DNA of 64,000 nucleotides from Myxococcales bacterium. GTDB taxonomy: Bacteria; Myxococcota_A; Polyangia; Polyangiales; DASUME01. The notes beneath the pieces were generated by a model. That model ran no database searches and was not told where the DNA came from. It saw only the letters and a list, made by a program, of their open reading frames with translations. Each line of letters begins with the position of its first letter. Position 1 is the stretch's first letter. The translations under genes and the position numbers were made by a program. The DNA is taken from assembly GCA_047601445.1 (NCBI GenBank), contig JASGJH010000001.1, positions 4,768,001 to 4,832,000 on the forward strand. The letters run 5' to 3'. Shown piece by piece: positions 55,313 to 64,000 of the stretch.

Positions 55313-57457
55313 TCAGAGCAGCTGGTCGGCGTGGCAGAACACCTTGTCCTCGGGCAACGAGTTCAGGTCACACAGGAAGGACTCGTGCTGGAGGGTGCAA
55401 CTTCCGCCCACGCAGTCGTTGCCTTCGAAGCGCGGCTCGCAGGTGTCGCCGGCGGCGCCGCGCTTCTTGCAGGTGCCCGCGTCGGTGTTCACCACGGTGG
55501 CGCAGTAGGAGTCCGCGCCGCAATGGTCGGGGGTCGCTCCGGCGACAGTGCAGGCCGCGCCGTCGGCCACGGGTTCCTTGCAGAGGGTGTTGCCGCTGTT
55601 GCGGCACCAGCCCTTTTCGCACTGGCCGTCGCTGCCGCAGTACACGCCCGCGGGCAGGTTCTTGGGAGTGCCGTTACCCTCGTAGCAACGCTTGACGGTG
55701 CCGGAGAGCGCGCCGTCGACGTCCCAGCAAACCCGGGTGTCCGTCGGGCCGCAGGCATCCGCAGCGGCGCACGTGTCGCCGATGGCGGGCTGTGCGGTGC
55801 AGGTGGTGCCCTTGCAGAACTGACCGTCGGGGCAGGCAGCGTGCTGGTTCGCGGTGCAGGTGCCGCCGGGGCCGACCTTGGCCGTGCACTGGTTACTGCC
55901 ATTGCAGTAGCCGCTGGTGCAGCTCTTGTTGTTGTAGTGGGCGTCGAACACGTAGGAGCTCGTGTTGCAGGTGAGGCCGTTGGCGATCTGCGGCTCGCAG
56001 AAGCCGACCGAGGCGTTGGTGGGCGCGCAGTAGGTACCCGCGCCGCAGCTGCGACAGTCGCTGCCCGTGCAGTTCATGTCACAGGCCGGCGAGCACTTGA
56101 GGTCCGTGCCGCAATGGCCGCTCGCGCAGTCGCCGGGGACGGCGCAGGTGGCACCGTCGGCGGCCAGCGGAGGCAAGCAGGTGCCCGAGCAGCGCTTGCT
56201 CGCGCAGTCGTTCTCGGCGCCGAACACGTGACACACGCCGGAATCGGCGACCGTCGCTCCGCACACGCCGATGTTGGCGTAGTTTCCGCCTTGGCCCTGG
56301 AGCGCCTTCATCGCGTCGTTCTGGCCGTGGAGACAGGCGGTGCCGGTGGGGCAGTCACTGTTGGCGAAGCAGTACGAGCCGGTGTCGCAGTAGATCTTGG
56401 TGCAGGTATTGGTGAGCGGATCGCAGCTCAGCTCCGTCTCGCAGTCGAGCTTGGTCACCTGGCTGTTGGCATAGCCGATCAACGGGCGGATCCACTCGTT
56501 GACCCCGGTGGTCAGCCACGTGTACCTGATGTCCGGGCGGACGTACTGGAACGTGGGGTCCACGTAGACGCAAGCTTCGCCTTCCTTGGCCCGCGCCGCG
56601 CACTTGCCGGCCGCGAAGTCGCAAAACAGGTCGTCGCAGTCCTCGTCGTCGGTGCAACGGTCTCCCACGGCCGCCTTGGCCGCACACAGGCCGGGCTGGG
56701 CGCCGGTCCCGAGGTCACGACGACAGACGAGGCCGTCGCCACACTCGGTGATCTCTGTCTCGGGATCGCAGGTGTCGCCCTCGCGCTCGAGCCCCTTCAC
56801 GAGGCTCTCCAGCGAACAGGGGTCCTGGGCATCGATGTTGGGCTTGCAGCTAGCGGGTCCCTTGACGGCCTCGCCGGCGCCCGGACATGCCTTGGCCTTG
56901 ATGGAGGCTGCGCAGGCGGTGACCGCGTCGGTGTTGATCGAGATGTGGACGTCGGTGTTGTTGAGCGCGTGGGCGATCATCACCACTTCGTCGAGGTACG
57001 GCGAGAACATCTCGTTGGACTCGCGGATACCGTTGTTGACGAGGTCGTTGAAAGAGGCCTCGCAGTCGGCCGCGCTCTTGATGGCGGGTCCGTACAACCA
57101 GTTGAGCTCACCGGCGCTGCAGCAGGTGGTCTCGCGGGCACACAGCTCCGTGATGATGGGCTTGAGGCCTTCGCGCGAAAGGTTCACGCCGTCGGGGATA
57201 CACAGCTCCCCGGCGCTGCACGACTTGGGGTCCTTCGGCATCTCGAGCACGTCGAGCCGGCCGTCGAGCCCCGTCTGGTCCATGCCGAGCTTGTTGATGT
57301 CGTTCTGCAGATTGCGGAGCTGATCGGACAGATCGCCACCGCCGTCGACTCCACCGTCGCCGACATCACCGGGCATCCCCTTCTTGTTGTCGTCGTCGCA
57401 GGCCGCGATCACCAGAGACAGGCCGAGCCCGAGGGTCAACCAGTTATGACGCTTCAT
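55313..57457 (-). CDS. Cys-rich lipoprotein (Dickkopf-like repeats), paralogue 2
   Basis: IAAC lipobox. Shares RLDVLE, GELCxPDGV, GELNWxYGPA, KGLER and CTLxHE blocks with 53253-55109. ATG at 57457. Confidence 0.8.
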   Translation of the reverse strand: MKRHNWLTLGLGLSLVIAACDDDNKKGMPGDVGDGGVDGGGDLSDQLRNLQNDINKLGMDQTGLDGRLDVLEMPKDPKSCSAGELCIPDGVNLSREGLKPIITELCARETTCCSAGELNWLYGPAIKSAADCEASFNDLVNNGIRESNEMFSPYLDEVVMIAHALNNTDVHISINTDAVTACAASIKAKACPGAGEAVKGPASCKPNIDAQDPCSLESLVKGLEREGDTCDPETEITECGDGLVCRRDLGTGAQPGLCAAKAAVGDRCTDDEDCDDLFCDFAAGKCAARAKEGEACVYVDPTFQYVRPDIRYTWLTTGVNEWIRPLIGYANSQVTKLDCETELSCDPLTNTCTKIYCDTGSYCFANSDCPTGTACLHGQNDAMKALQGQGGNYANIGVCGATVADSGVCHVFGAENDCASKRCSGTCLPPLAADGATCAVPGDCASGHCGTDLKCSPACDMNCTGSDCRSCGAGTYCAPTNASVGFCEPQIANGLTCNTSSYVFDAHYNNKSCTSGYCNGSNQCTAKVGPGGTCTANQHAACPDGQFCKGTTCTAQPAIGDTCAAADACGPTDTRVCWDVDGALSGTVKRCYEGNGTPKNLPAGVYCGSDGQCEKGWCRNSGNTLCKEPVADGAACTVAGATPDHCGADSYCATVVNTDAGTCKKRGAAGDTCEPRFEGNDCVGGSCTLQHESFLCDLNSLPEDKVFCHADQLL

Positions 57458-57824
57458 TCGCAGTGTCCCTTTCCCGAAACCCAAGACCGCGCGGAACCGT
57501 GCGCGGGGCAAACTGGACGCACGAAGGCCCCTCGCTCACGCCCCTGGCGCAGCTTGGTCCCCCCGAAAATCCACCCACAAGGCTACGTGTACCGATCCGC
57601 AAAATCACTCCCAAAAGAGGTCGCGCAGAGGTCCTCTTTTTCGAACCCGAGGGCGGCTATGCATGCTGGATCACAACTCAAATGGGGTTCTTGAGGGACG
57701 CCGTGGGAGAGGTGGGTTTTGTGACCCGATTGCCCTCGATTTGATGTACCGTGGTGGCTCCGCCAGTCAGTCCCGCCCGCCATCCCAAGCGGCCGTCGGC
57801 TGATTCGCGACCGGTGGCGAAGAG

Positions 57825-58430
57825 ATGGGCATCGTGCGTGACAAAACCCCGGCCTCGCTCCCATTCACCTTCAAGGGAGTGAGCTCCGCGCGGGTGAGCT
57901 CCCCGGGCGCCGCCCAAAGCGGCGTCACGGCCCAGGCGATCTTTCGCGAACATGCGGCGTTCGTTCTGCGTGTCGTACGGCGACTCGGGGTGCCCCCTCG
58001 GGACGTCGAGGACGTGGCGCAGGAGGTTTTCGTGGTGGTGCATCGCAAGCTCGAGACCTTTACAGGGGAGAGCTCCGTTCGCACCTGGCTGTTCGGCATC
58101 GCCAGCCGCGTGGCCTCCGACCACCGTCGTCGGGCCTACGTGAAGCGCGAGAGCCTGGAGGCGGAGCCGCCCTCGGAGAGCTTCGACGCCCCCCAGGCGA
58201 AACAGCTGCACGACCGCGAATTGCGAAGAAATTTGGACCACGCCCTCGACCAACTGGACGATGCCAAGCGCGCCGTGTTCGTGCTCTACGAAATGGAGGG
58301 CGTGCCGATGACCGAAATCGCCGAGAGCCTCGGTTGTCCCCTGCCCACGGCCTATTCGCGTTTGCGTGAGGCACGCGAGCGCATTCGCAGCCACTTCGCC
58401 CGGGTCTATCCGCGCGAGGAGAACCCGTGA
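57825..58430 (+). CDS. ECF RNA polymerase sigma factor
   Basis: DVEDVAQEVF, RTWLFGIA, VFVLYEMEG...EIAESLG...TAYSRL. Confidence 0.92.
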   Translation: MGIVRDKTPASLPFTFKGVSSARVSSPGAAQSGVTAQAIFREHAAFVLRVVRRLGVPPRDVEDVAQEVFVVVHRKLETFTGESSVRTWLFGIASRVASDHRRRAYVKRESLEAEPPSESFDAPQAKQLHDRELRRNLDHALDQLDDAKRAVFVLYEMEGVPMTEIAESLGCPLPTAYSRLREARERIRSHFARVYPREENP

Positions 58431-59215
58431 AACACGCAGACTTACGCAGCCCCGATTGGCTGGGCGCCGACGACCCCATGCCGCTCGAAGTCCTGGACGC
58501 GATCCGCGTGGCCGACCGGGAAGACGGCACCGCGGCGCAGGTGGCGAGCCTCGAAGCGCGGCTAGCCCCGATCTTCCAGGTCCCCCAGAGCAGCCCGGGG
58601 ACCCCGGTCCAAGCGGGGGCGGGCACGGGCGGCTCGTTGAGCGCGCTCAAGTTGCTGGGCGTGAGCGCGGCGCTGGTGGGCTTCGCAGCCCTGGTTTGGC
58701 CGTCACGCGAAGCCGTGCATCCGCCCGCCGCCGTGCCAACGGCCAAGTTGGTGCCGATCGTCCCCGCGCCTGCTCCGTCGATCGAGAGCGCTTCCCCGGT
58801 GACCCCGCAGGTCGCCCAAATCGCGGCGGTCGAAATGGACCAGGCCCCCACCTCACCGGCTGGCGACCCCGCACCCGTGGCGGAGAGCAACGCGAGCCGA
58901 CGTGGCGCCAGGCCAGCTTCCGCTGCCAGTGAGCAGTCCCCGAGCCAGAAAAATACCCTGGCCCTCGAAGCGCGACTCTTGAGCCGCGCCCGCCAGGTGC
59001 TGGAGAACGACCCCGCCCTCGCGCTGAAGCTGGCGGAGCGCCACCTAGCGCGCTTTCCGGCGGGTGTGCTCAGCGAAGAGCGCGAGGCCATCGCGATCAA
59101 GGCACTGCGCCGGGCCGGAAACGAAGGCGCGGCGGCCCAGCGTCAGGCGCGATTCTTGACCCGCTATCCGGAGTCGCCCCACGCGCACAGCTTGAGCGCC
59201 GGCGCGCGGCCCTGA
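58427..59215 (+). CDS. Putative anti-sigma factor with a TM helix and a C-terminal TPR-like domain
   Basis: GTGA overlap with the sigma gene, single TM, P/A linker, EARLL..AR...RFPAGVLSEERE...FLTRYPESPH. Confidence 0.75.
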   Translation: MKHADLRSPDWLGADDPMPLEVLDAIRVADREDGTAAQVASLEARLAPIFQVPQSSPGTPVQAGAGTGGSLSALKLLGVSAALVGFAALVWPSREAVHPPAAVPTAKLVPIVPAPAPSIESASPVTPQVAQIAAVEMDQAPTSPAGDPAPVAESNASRRGARPASAASEQSPSQKNTLALEARLLSRARQVLENDPALALKLAERHLARFPAGVLSEEREAIAIKALRRAGNEGAAAQRQARFLTRYPESPHAHSLSAGARP

Positions 59216-59274
59216 GGGGGTCCCTCATTCCTGCGCGCGCCAGCATCGCGGCTTGCCGTCGCCTCGCGGCTTGG

Positions 59275-60927
59275 GTGGTCGGCCGGACCTTGAGGTCGAG
59301 CCTACCGGCGCGCTTGGCCGCTGCACTCGTCGGTTGCGTGGCAGGTTCCGCCTGCGGCATCGGCGACGAGATCATCCTGGCCCGTTTTCGCGAGAGCCCC
59401 TCCGACGACCCCGGCCTCGACGCGGGCAGCGATGCGGCCATCGGCCCCGACTCCGGCGATGGGGCGGTCCACCCACCGGATGGTGGCGATGGCGGCGCAG
59501 GCAATCCCGAGTGCCTGGTGCCCATGGAGCGCGAGCCGGTCGCTTGCACCACGCTGCCACCTCCGGGCACCGCCCTCCCCCACGTGAAGTGGCGCTTTCC
59601 TCCCGCTTCGCTCGAGCTCAAGCAGGCATCCCCACCTGGCACCCCCCTGGTCGCGAACCTGACGGACGACAATGGTGACGGTCTCGTCAACCTGTGTGAC
59701 GTGCCGGACGTGCTGCTGGTGGCGGGCGAGGGCACGCGTGGTGCGGCGCTCTGGTTGTTGGCGGGCGACACGGGGCGCATCGAGCGCTTGATTGAACAGC
59801 CCTTGCTCGAAGGCGTCGCGCCGGCCATCGCCGACCTCGAAGGCGACGGAGTGCCGGAGATCATCGCCATCGACGACCAGAAGCGCCTGATCGCGCTCAA
59901 GCCAGACGGAACGCGCCTCTGGCAGGGCGCCGAAGTCGCCATGCCCGCGGGCGTGCAAGCGGACTGCTACGCAGTCTCCGTCTACGACGTCGAGGGCGAC
60001 GGCAACCCCGAGATCTTGGCGGGCTTCGACGCGTTCGACGCCATGGGCAACCGTCGCTTCGGTGCCCCCACCAATCGTCTCGGGTTGTTGTTCCCTGCAG
60101 TACTCGACGGCTGCGTGGCGCCGGTCGCGGCCGATCTCACGGGCGATGGTCAGCTCGAGATGCTGTTTGGACACGTCACGCTCTCGCCGGACGGAAAGCA
60201 GCTCTGGCAGCACCGGCTCGGCGACACCGCAAGTATCCCGGTGGTGGCGAACCTCGACGCAGATCCGCAGCTCGAAGTGGTGCTGACCGCGCCCACCATG
60301 CTCTACGTACTCGAAGCCGATGGCAGTGAGCGCGCCACGCTGGCCCGCAGCTGCGGCGGCAACGTGCCGAGTGTTCATGACTTCAATGGCGATGGCATCG
60401 ACGAGCTGGCCGTGCCCGAGTGCGAGAACACCAAGCGCGCCACCATCTACCAGCTACAGGACAACAACCTGGTCGCACGCTGGGGCGCCGAGAACCTGCT
60501 CGGACCGGTGGGCAGCAGCAGCGTGGCGGGCTTCGACTTCGATGGTCGCGGTAGCGCCGACCTGGTGTACGCGGACGAGCAGGCCTCGGCCGTCTACGCG
60601 GGCGCCGACGGCCGCATGCTCTTCGAGGGCTTGCGCGTGGGGAAGCCCGTGGTGGGCACGCCCGTGATCGCCGACGTGGACAACGACGGCAGCGCCGAGC
60701 TCCTCTTGCCTGCCTTCGAGGCCGGGGATTCCGCCGTCCTCACGGTGATCAGCGGAGCGCCCGGAGCCTGGATGGGCGCGCGGCGCATCTGGAACCAACA
60801 CGCCTACCACGTGACGAACGTGCACGAAGACGGGCGCATCCCGCACGGTGCGGCCGATGCCCCCAAGGTGCCGCTCCGCATGCGCAGCAACGCCCACCGC
60901 GAAGGCAATCACATCTGCGTGCCGTGA
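59275..60927 (+). CDS. FG-GAP/VCBS-repeat lipoprotein
   Basis: GSAC lipobox; repeated ADLEGDGVPEI, DFNGDGIDE, ADVDNDGSAE; WNQHAYHVTNV. Confidence 0.85.
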   Translation: MVGRTLRSSLPARLAAALVGCVAGSACGIGDEIILARFRESPSDDPGLDAGSDAAIGPDSGDGAVHPPDGGDGGAGNPECLVPMEREPVACTTLPPPGTALPHVKWRFPPASLELKQASPPGTPLVANLTDDNGDGLVNLCDVPDVLLVAGEGTRGAALWLLAGDTGRIERLIEQPLLEGVAPAIADLEGDGVPEIIAIDDQKRLIALKPDGTRLWQGAEVAMPAGVQADCYAVSVYDVEGDGNPEILAGFDAFDAMGNRRFGAPTNRLGLLFPAVLDGCVAPVAADLTGDGQLEMLFGHVTLSPDGKQLWQHRLGDTASIPVVANLDADPQLEVVLTAPTMLYVLEADGSERATLARSCGGNVPSVHDFNGDGIDELAVPECENTKRATIYQLQDNNLVARWGAENLLGPVGSSSVAGFDFDGRGSADLVYADEQASAVYAGADGRMLFEGLRVGKPVVGTPVIADVDNDGSAELLLPAFEAGDSAVLTVISGAPGAWMGARRIWNQHAYHVTNVHEDGRIPHGAADAPKVPLRMRSNAHREGNHICVP

Positions 60928-60931
60928 GGCG

Positions 60932-62068
60932 CTAGCGGAAGTGCACGCCGAGTTCGAGCCCGAAGCTGCCCACCACGGGGGCGACCCGATGCAGCAGCAC
61001 GCGCGTCTCTCGCGTGCCCACCGCGGTGAAGCGGTCGCGCACGAAGGGCACACCGAGGCCCGCTGCAGCCCTTGCAAAGAAGTGCTCGGAAAAGTCGTAG
61101 GCGGCGCGCACGTGCGCAGTCGCCCCCGAGAGCGGCGCCGTGCGCGCCATGTTTTTCGAGAAGTCATGGGCGCGCGCCCGCAGCACGCCGTTCCAAAAGC
61201 CCACGCAACCATCCAGCAACACCGGCGCACGCAGCAGCGGCGCACAGCCGCGCAGCTCGGCCAGGCCGGCGCGGAAGTCGGCATACCCCTGGTCCGTCGG
61301 GACGCGACCGAAGGGCACGAAGGTCCCGCTCAACTCGACACCGAATAACGAGGGCGTGCGAAAGCCGAGGGTGACACCCAGATCCCAAGCCGTGGCGGGC
61401 ATCAGTCCCTGGGTGAATCCGCTCCCCACCGCGAGCAAGAGTCCGAAGGTGGCCCCCGTGCCCTTCACGCGCACGATCTTCACGCCGCTGGCGAACTTCG
61501 GATGGCTCTCGGCCACCGTTGGAGGCGCTTGGGTCACTTCCACGGGCGCGGGGGCGACAACTGCTTTGGGCTCGGGTTCGATCGGGGCTGAGTTGGCTGG
61601 TCCACTTTCCGTGGTGCTCTGGGCTGGCTCCGATGGCGTTGCCTGAGCAGCCAGGAGCGTGAGCTGGGTATCGATGGCCAATGAGAGCACCAATACCAAT
61701 GCCTCATCGAGGGCACCACACGCGCTGCCGGGCGCTTCCACCTCGCGCCGTCCCAGTAGCTTCCCTTGCCGATCGCGCAGCTCCACTTCGGCGCGAAAAC
61801 GCGGCGGATTGTCCGCCTTGGACACCGTGCCCTGCACCACCAAGTCACCGTTCGCGTCGAAGGCCGCGTAGCCGAGATGGTCCGAGAGAGCTTTCTCGAG
61901 GCGCTCCGGAGAGATGCACTCCTCGGCACCGGGTCCGCGCCGCCACACCAAGGAGGCTCGCGCTTGCTGGCTCGGCATGGCCTCCTGCGCCCGGACGCGC
62001 GCAGCCGTGCTGCACACCAGGGCGAGCAACAAGCAGGCTCTCCAAGCAAAGCTGGTAAGAAACCGCAC
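60932..62068 (-). CDS. Secreted protein with a probable C-terminal outer-membrane beta-barrel
   Basis: Signal peptide, Cys-paired N-terminal domain, linker, alternating beta strands ending in LGVHFR. TTG start, uncertain. Confidence 0.65.
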   Translation of the reverse strand: MRFLTSFAWRACLLLALVCSTAARVRAQEAMPSQQARASLVWRRGPGAEECISPERLEKALSDHLGYAAFDANGDLVVQGTVSKADNPPRFRAEVELRDRQGKLLGRREVEAPGSACGALDEALVLVLSLAIDTQLTLLAAQATPSEPAQSTTESGPANSAPIEPEPKAVVAPAPVEVTQAPPTVAESHPKFASGVKIVRVKGTGATFGLLLAVGSGFTQGLMPATAWDLGVTLGFRTPSLFGVELSGTFVPFGRVPTDQGYADFRAGLAELRGCAPLLRAPVLLDGCVGFWNGVLRARAHDFSKNMARTAPLSGATAHVRAAYDFSEHFFARAAAGLGVPFVRDRFTAVGTRETRVLLHRVAPVVGSFGLELGVHFR

Positions 62069-62204
62069 GAGCCGCTGCAGGTTATCCCACGTTGGGTCAC
62101 CTGCACCAGCGCGACGAGAACTCTACGCCGCGGGCGCAAAGAAGATGTGAGCGAAGGCCCGCGAGGCCCTCGACTTTCGCATCCCACGCAGGCTAGATGG
62201 GGAA

Positions 62205-62885
62205 GTGAACCTCAAGCTCTCACCCAGCGGGCTGATGTCGGGCCTGGCCAGCGTGCTCGTCAGCGCGCTCTGCTTCGCAGAGGCGCCCGCGGGAGAGTGG
62301 AACGTGATCGAGCAGGAGCGCGGCATCACGGTGAGTCGTCGTGAGCAGCCTGGCTGCGGACTGCCGGCATTTCGCGGCAAGGGCCCCGTGCGCGGCGGCG
62401 TACTGCAGATCCTGGCGTTGATGTTGGACTCGAACAGCGTCGAGCAGTGGGCAGACGGCGTGGATGAGTCGCGCTTGCTCAAGCGCATCGACGAGAATCA
62501 AGAGCTCATCTACCTCTACTCGGACGTGCCGTGGCCGGTGCGCGACCGCGACATGGTCGTGCGACGCACCGTCGAAGTCGTCAAGCCCGGCGAAGAGTTT
62601 CACATCCACCTGCGTTGCGAACCGCAGGCCACGCCAGAGGTCAGCGGCGTCGTGCGCGTGAAGAAGTGCAAGAGCGGCTTTCACCTGCGCAGGCTCGATC
62701 AGAGCAACACCGAGATCGACTACGACATGTCGCTCGACCCGGCCGGCCTATTGCCAAAGTGGGCCGGCAGTTACGTCGCCAAGAACGTCCCCTTCAAGAC
62801 CCTGGTGGCTCTCGAAGAGCGCGCCGCCGAGACGCGCGGCAAGTACGAGGCCGTGGTGCAGCGCTGGTCCGCAGCGTCCTTCTGA
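62205..62885 (+). CDS. START-domain lipid-binding protein (secreted)
   Basis: Signal peptide; W...GITVSRR, PWPVRDRDMV, GVVRV, DPAGLLPKW. Confidence 0.85.
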   Translation: MNLKLSPSGLMSGLASVLVSALCFAEAPAGEWNVIEQERGITVSRREQPGCGLPAFRGKGPVRGGVLQILALMLDSNSVEQWADGVDESRLLKRIDENQELIYLYSDVPWPVRDRDMVVRRTVEVVKPGEEFHIHLRCEPQATPEVSGVVRVKKCKSGFHLRRLDQSNTEIDYDMSLDPAGLLPKWAGSYVAKNVPFKTLVALEERAAETRGKYEAVVQRWSAASF

Positions 62886-62945
62886 CTCACGCTGAGCAGC
62901 GCGTTGCTATGCTGGCAACGTGAACCCCGAGCGCGAGGGAACGCC

Positions 62946-63155
62946 ATGAGGATCGATCAGGAAGCGGCCACGGCCCACGTGCGGCTCTTGGAGAAGTACC
63001 GTCCCTGTCCGGACTGCGGCAGCGAGCGGGTCACCGTCCGCCAAGACGCCGCCTTGCTACGTCCCAAGGCCGGCACGAGCCAGGGCGCCTCGGGCAATGT
63101 CTTGCGCGTGGAGTGCTCGGACTGCCACTTTGCGCGGGAATTTCCGGAGCCATAA
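62946..63155 (+). CDS. Small zinc-ribbon protein
   Basis: CPDC...CSDC pair. GAGG upstream of the ATG at 62946. Confidence 0.55.
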   Translation: MRIDQEAATAHVRLLEKYRPCPDCGSERVTVRQDAALLRPKAGTSQGASGNVLRVECSDCHFAREFPEP

Positions 63156-63303
63156 CAACGAGGAGGTCAGGCGACTTCCCCGCTGATTCGAGGGTTCTAC
63201 CTTTGGGCCCGTATCCGGACGTCCAGTAAGTCGGCATCTCCGGATGGGGCTGCTACGTTCGACCCCGATGGCGGAGATGGAAGGCAGCCAGGCTCAGGGG
63301 GGC

Positions 63304-64000
63304 ATGCTCACGGAGCTCTGGCAGAAGTACGGTCTGATCGTGGTCGGGAACGTGGTGTTCTTCGCCCTCCTCTATTTCATCCAGTACCGCCCCAATAGCC
63401 GCGACAACCGCGCCACCGAACTCCTCACCCTGGCCCAACGCGAAGAAAACGAGGGCCGCCTGGAGGCCGCCGAGACGCTCTATGGGCGCATCGTGGGGGA
63501 GTACGGCGACACCAGCGCCATCAATGTGGCCAACGAGCGTCTGCCCAAGGTGCGCGCGCTGGCCAAGAAGAGGCGCGAGACCCAGCCTCCCCTGCCGGCG
63601 GCCTGCACGCCCCAGGTGGACATCCGTGAGCTCCTCGAGCTGAAGCCGAGCCTGTACCTGGCCGAGTTGGTGGCGGGTCACTATCCCACGGTCTCGCCCG
63701 CGGAACGGGAGCGCTATTTTGGAGTGCTCGACGACTACGTCTGGCTGGCCCTCAACCGCGACAACGTGCCGCTCGACAAGCTCAAGAAGAGCCCTACTTT
63801 CGTGGATGGCGAGCTGCAACGCCGCTACTTCGGCCTGAAAGCCGCTGCCCGCTTTACCCCAGATTGGATGTACGAAGATTTCAAGGTGAAAAACCAGAGC
63901 TTCTTCACCCTGCACAACGCAGTCGTGCAACTGACGGTCAGCCAGGGCGACCATAGCGAGACCGACAGCCTACGCGCGGCGGAGCTCAAGCCCGATAGCG
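63304..64000 (+). CDS. Membrane-anchored protein with a TPR-like segment, truncated by the window end
   Basis: Not in the supplied ORF track because it has no stop. Reads MLTELWQKYGLIVVGNVVFFALLYF...AQREENEGRLEAAETLY... and stays open to the end. Confidence 0.7.
   Translation, partial: MLTELWQKYGLIVVGNVVFFALLYFIQYRPNSRDNRATELLTLAQREENEGRLEAAETLYGRIVGEYGDTSAINVANERLPKVRALAKKRRETQPPLPAACTPQVDIRELLELKPSLYLAELVAGHYPTVSPAERERYFGVLDDYVWLALNRDNVPLDKLKKSPTFVDGELQRRYFGLKAAARFTPDWMYEDFKVKNQSFFTLHNAVVQLTVSQGDHSETDSLRAAELKPDS

Noticed and set aside
63253..63954. Minus-strand 233-aa ORF at the window end
   Set aside because: Antisense shadow of the plus-strand gene starting at 63304, which has a TM helix and typical codon usage.
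1..64000. CRISPR arrays, tRNA/rRNA genes, prophage or defence islands
   Set aside because: I saw no regularly spaced repeats, RNA-gene signatures, or phage/integrase genes by eye. A tRNAscan/Infernal run would be needed to exclude small RNAs.

Overview
GC-rich chromosomal window whose gene content (PEGA/TPR proteins, Cys-rich lipoproteins, Ser/Thr kinase-AAA fusion, ECF/anti-sigma pair, CsgA-like SDR) suggests a myxobacterium (Myxococcota, probably Polyangiales-like; inference). About 48 CDS can be supported. I saw no rRNA, tRNA, CRISPR array, transposase or integrase. Main highlights: (1) two diverged copies of a ~260-nt structured non-coding element, one directly upstream of each of the divergent metal-transporter genes corA and feoAB, a candidate new metal-responsive leader RNA; (2) a two-gene sterol cassette made of a squalene monooxygenase / QW-repeat / squalene synthase triple fusion and an oxidosqualene cyclase with a lanosterol-type Y/N/V signature, near a fatty-acid cis/trans isomerase; (3) a URC-type pyrimidine catabolism cluster whose UPRTase has an altered PRPP motif and which is followed by a P-loop kinase; (4) a GrxD-degenerate ATC-rhodanese fusion, an orphan MutH homologue and a stand-alone GyrA-N-terminus-like mini-protein. 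All calls come from motif recognition by eye; no database searches were run.
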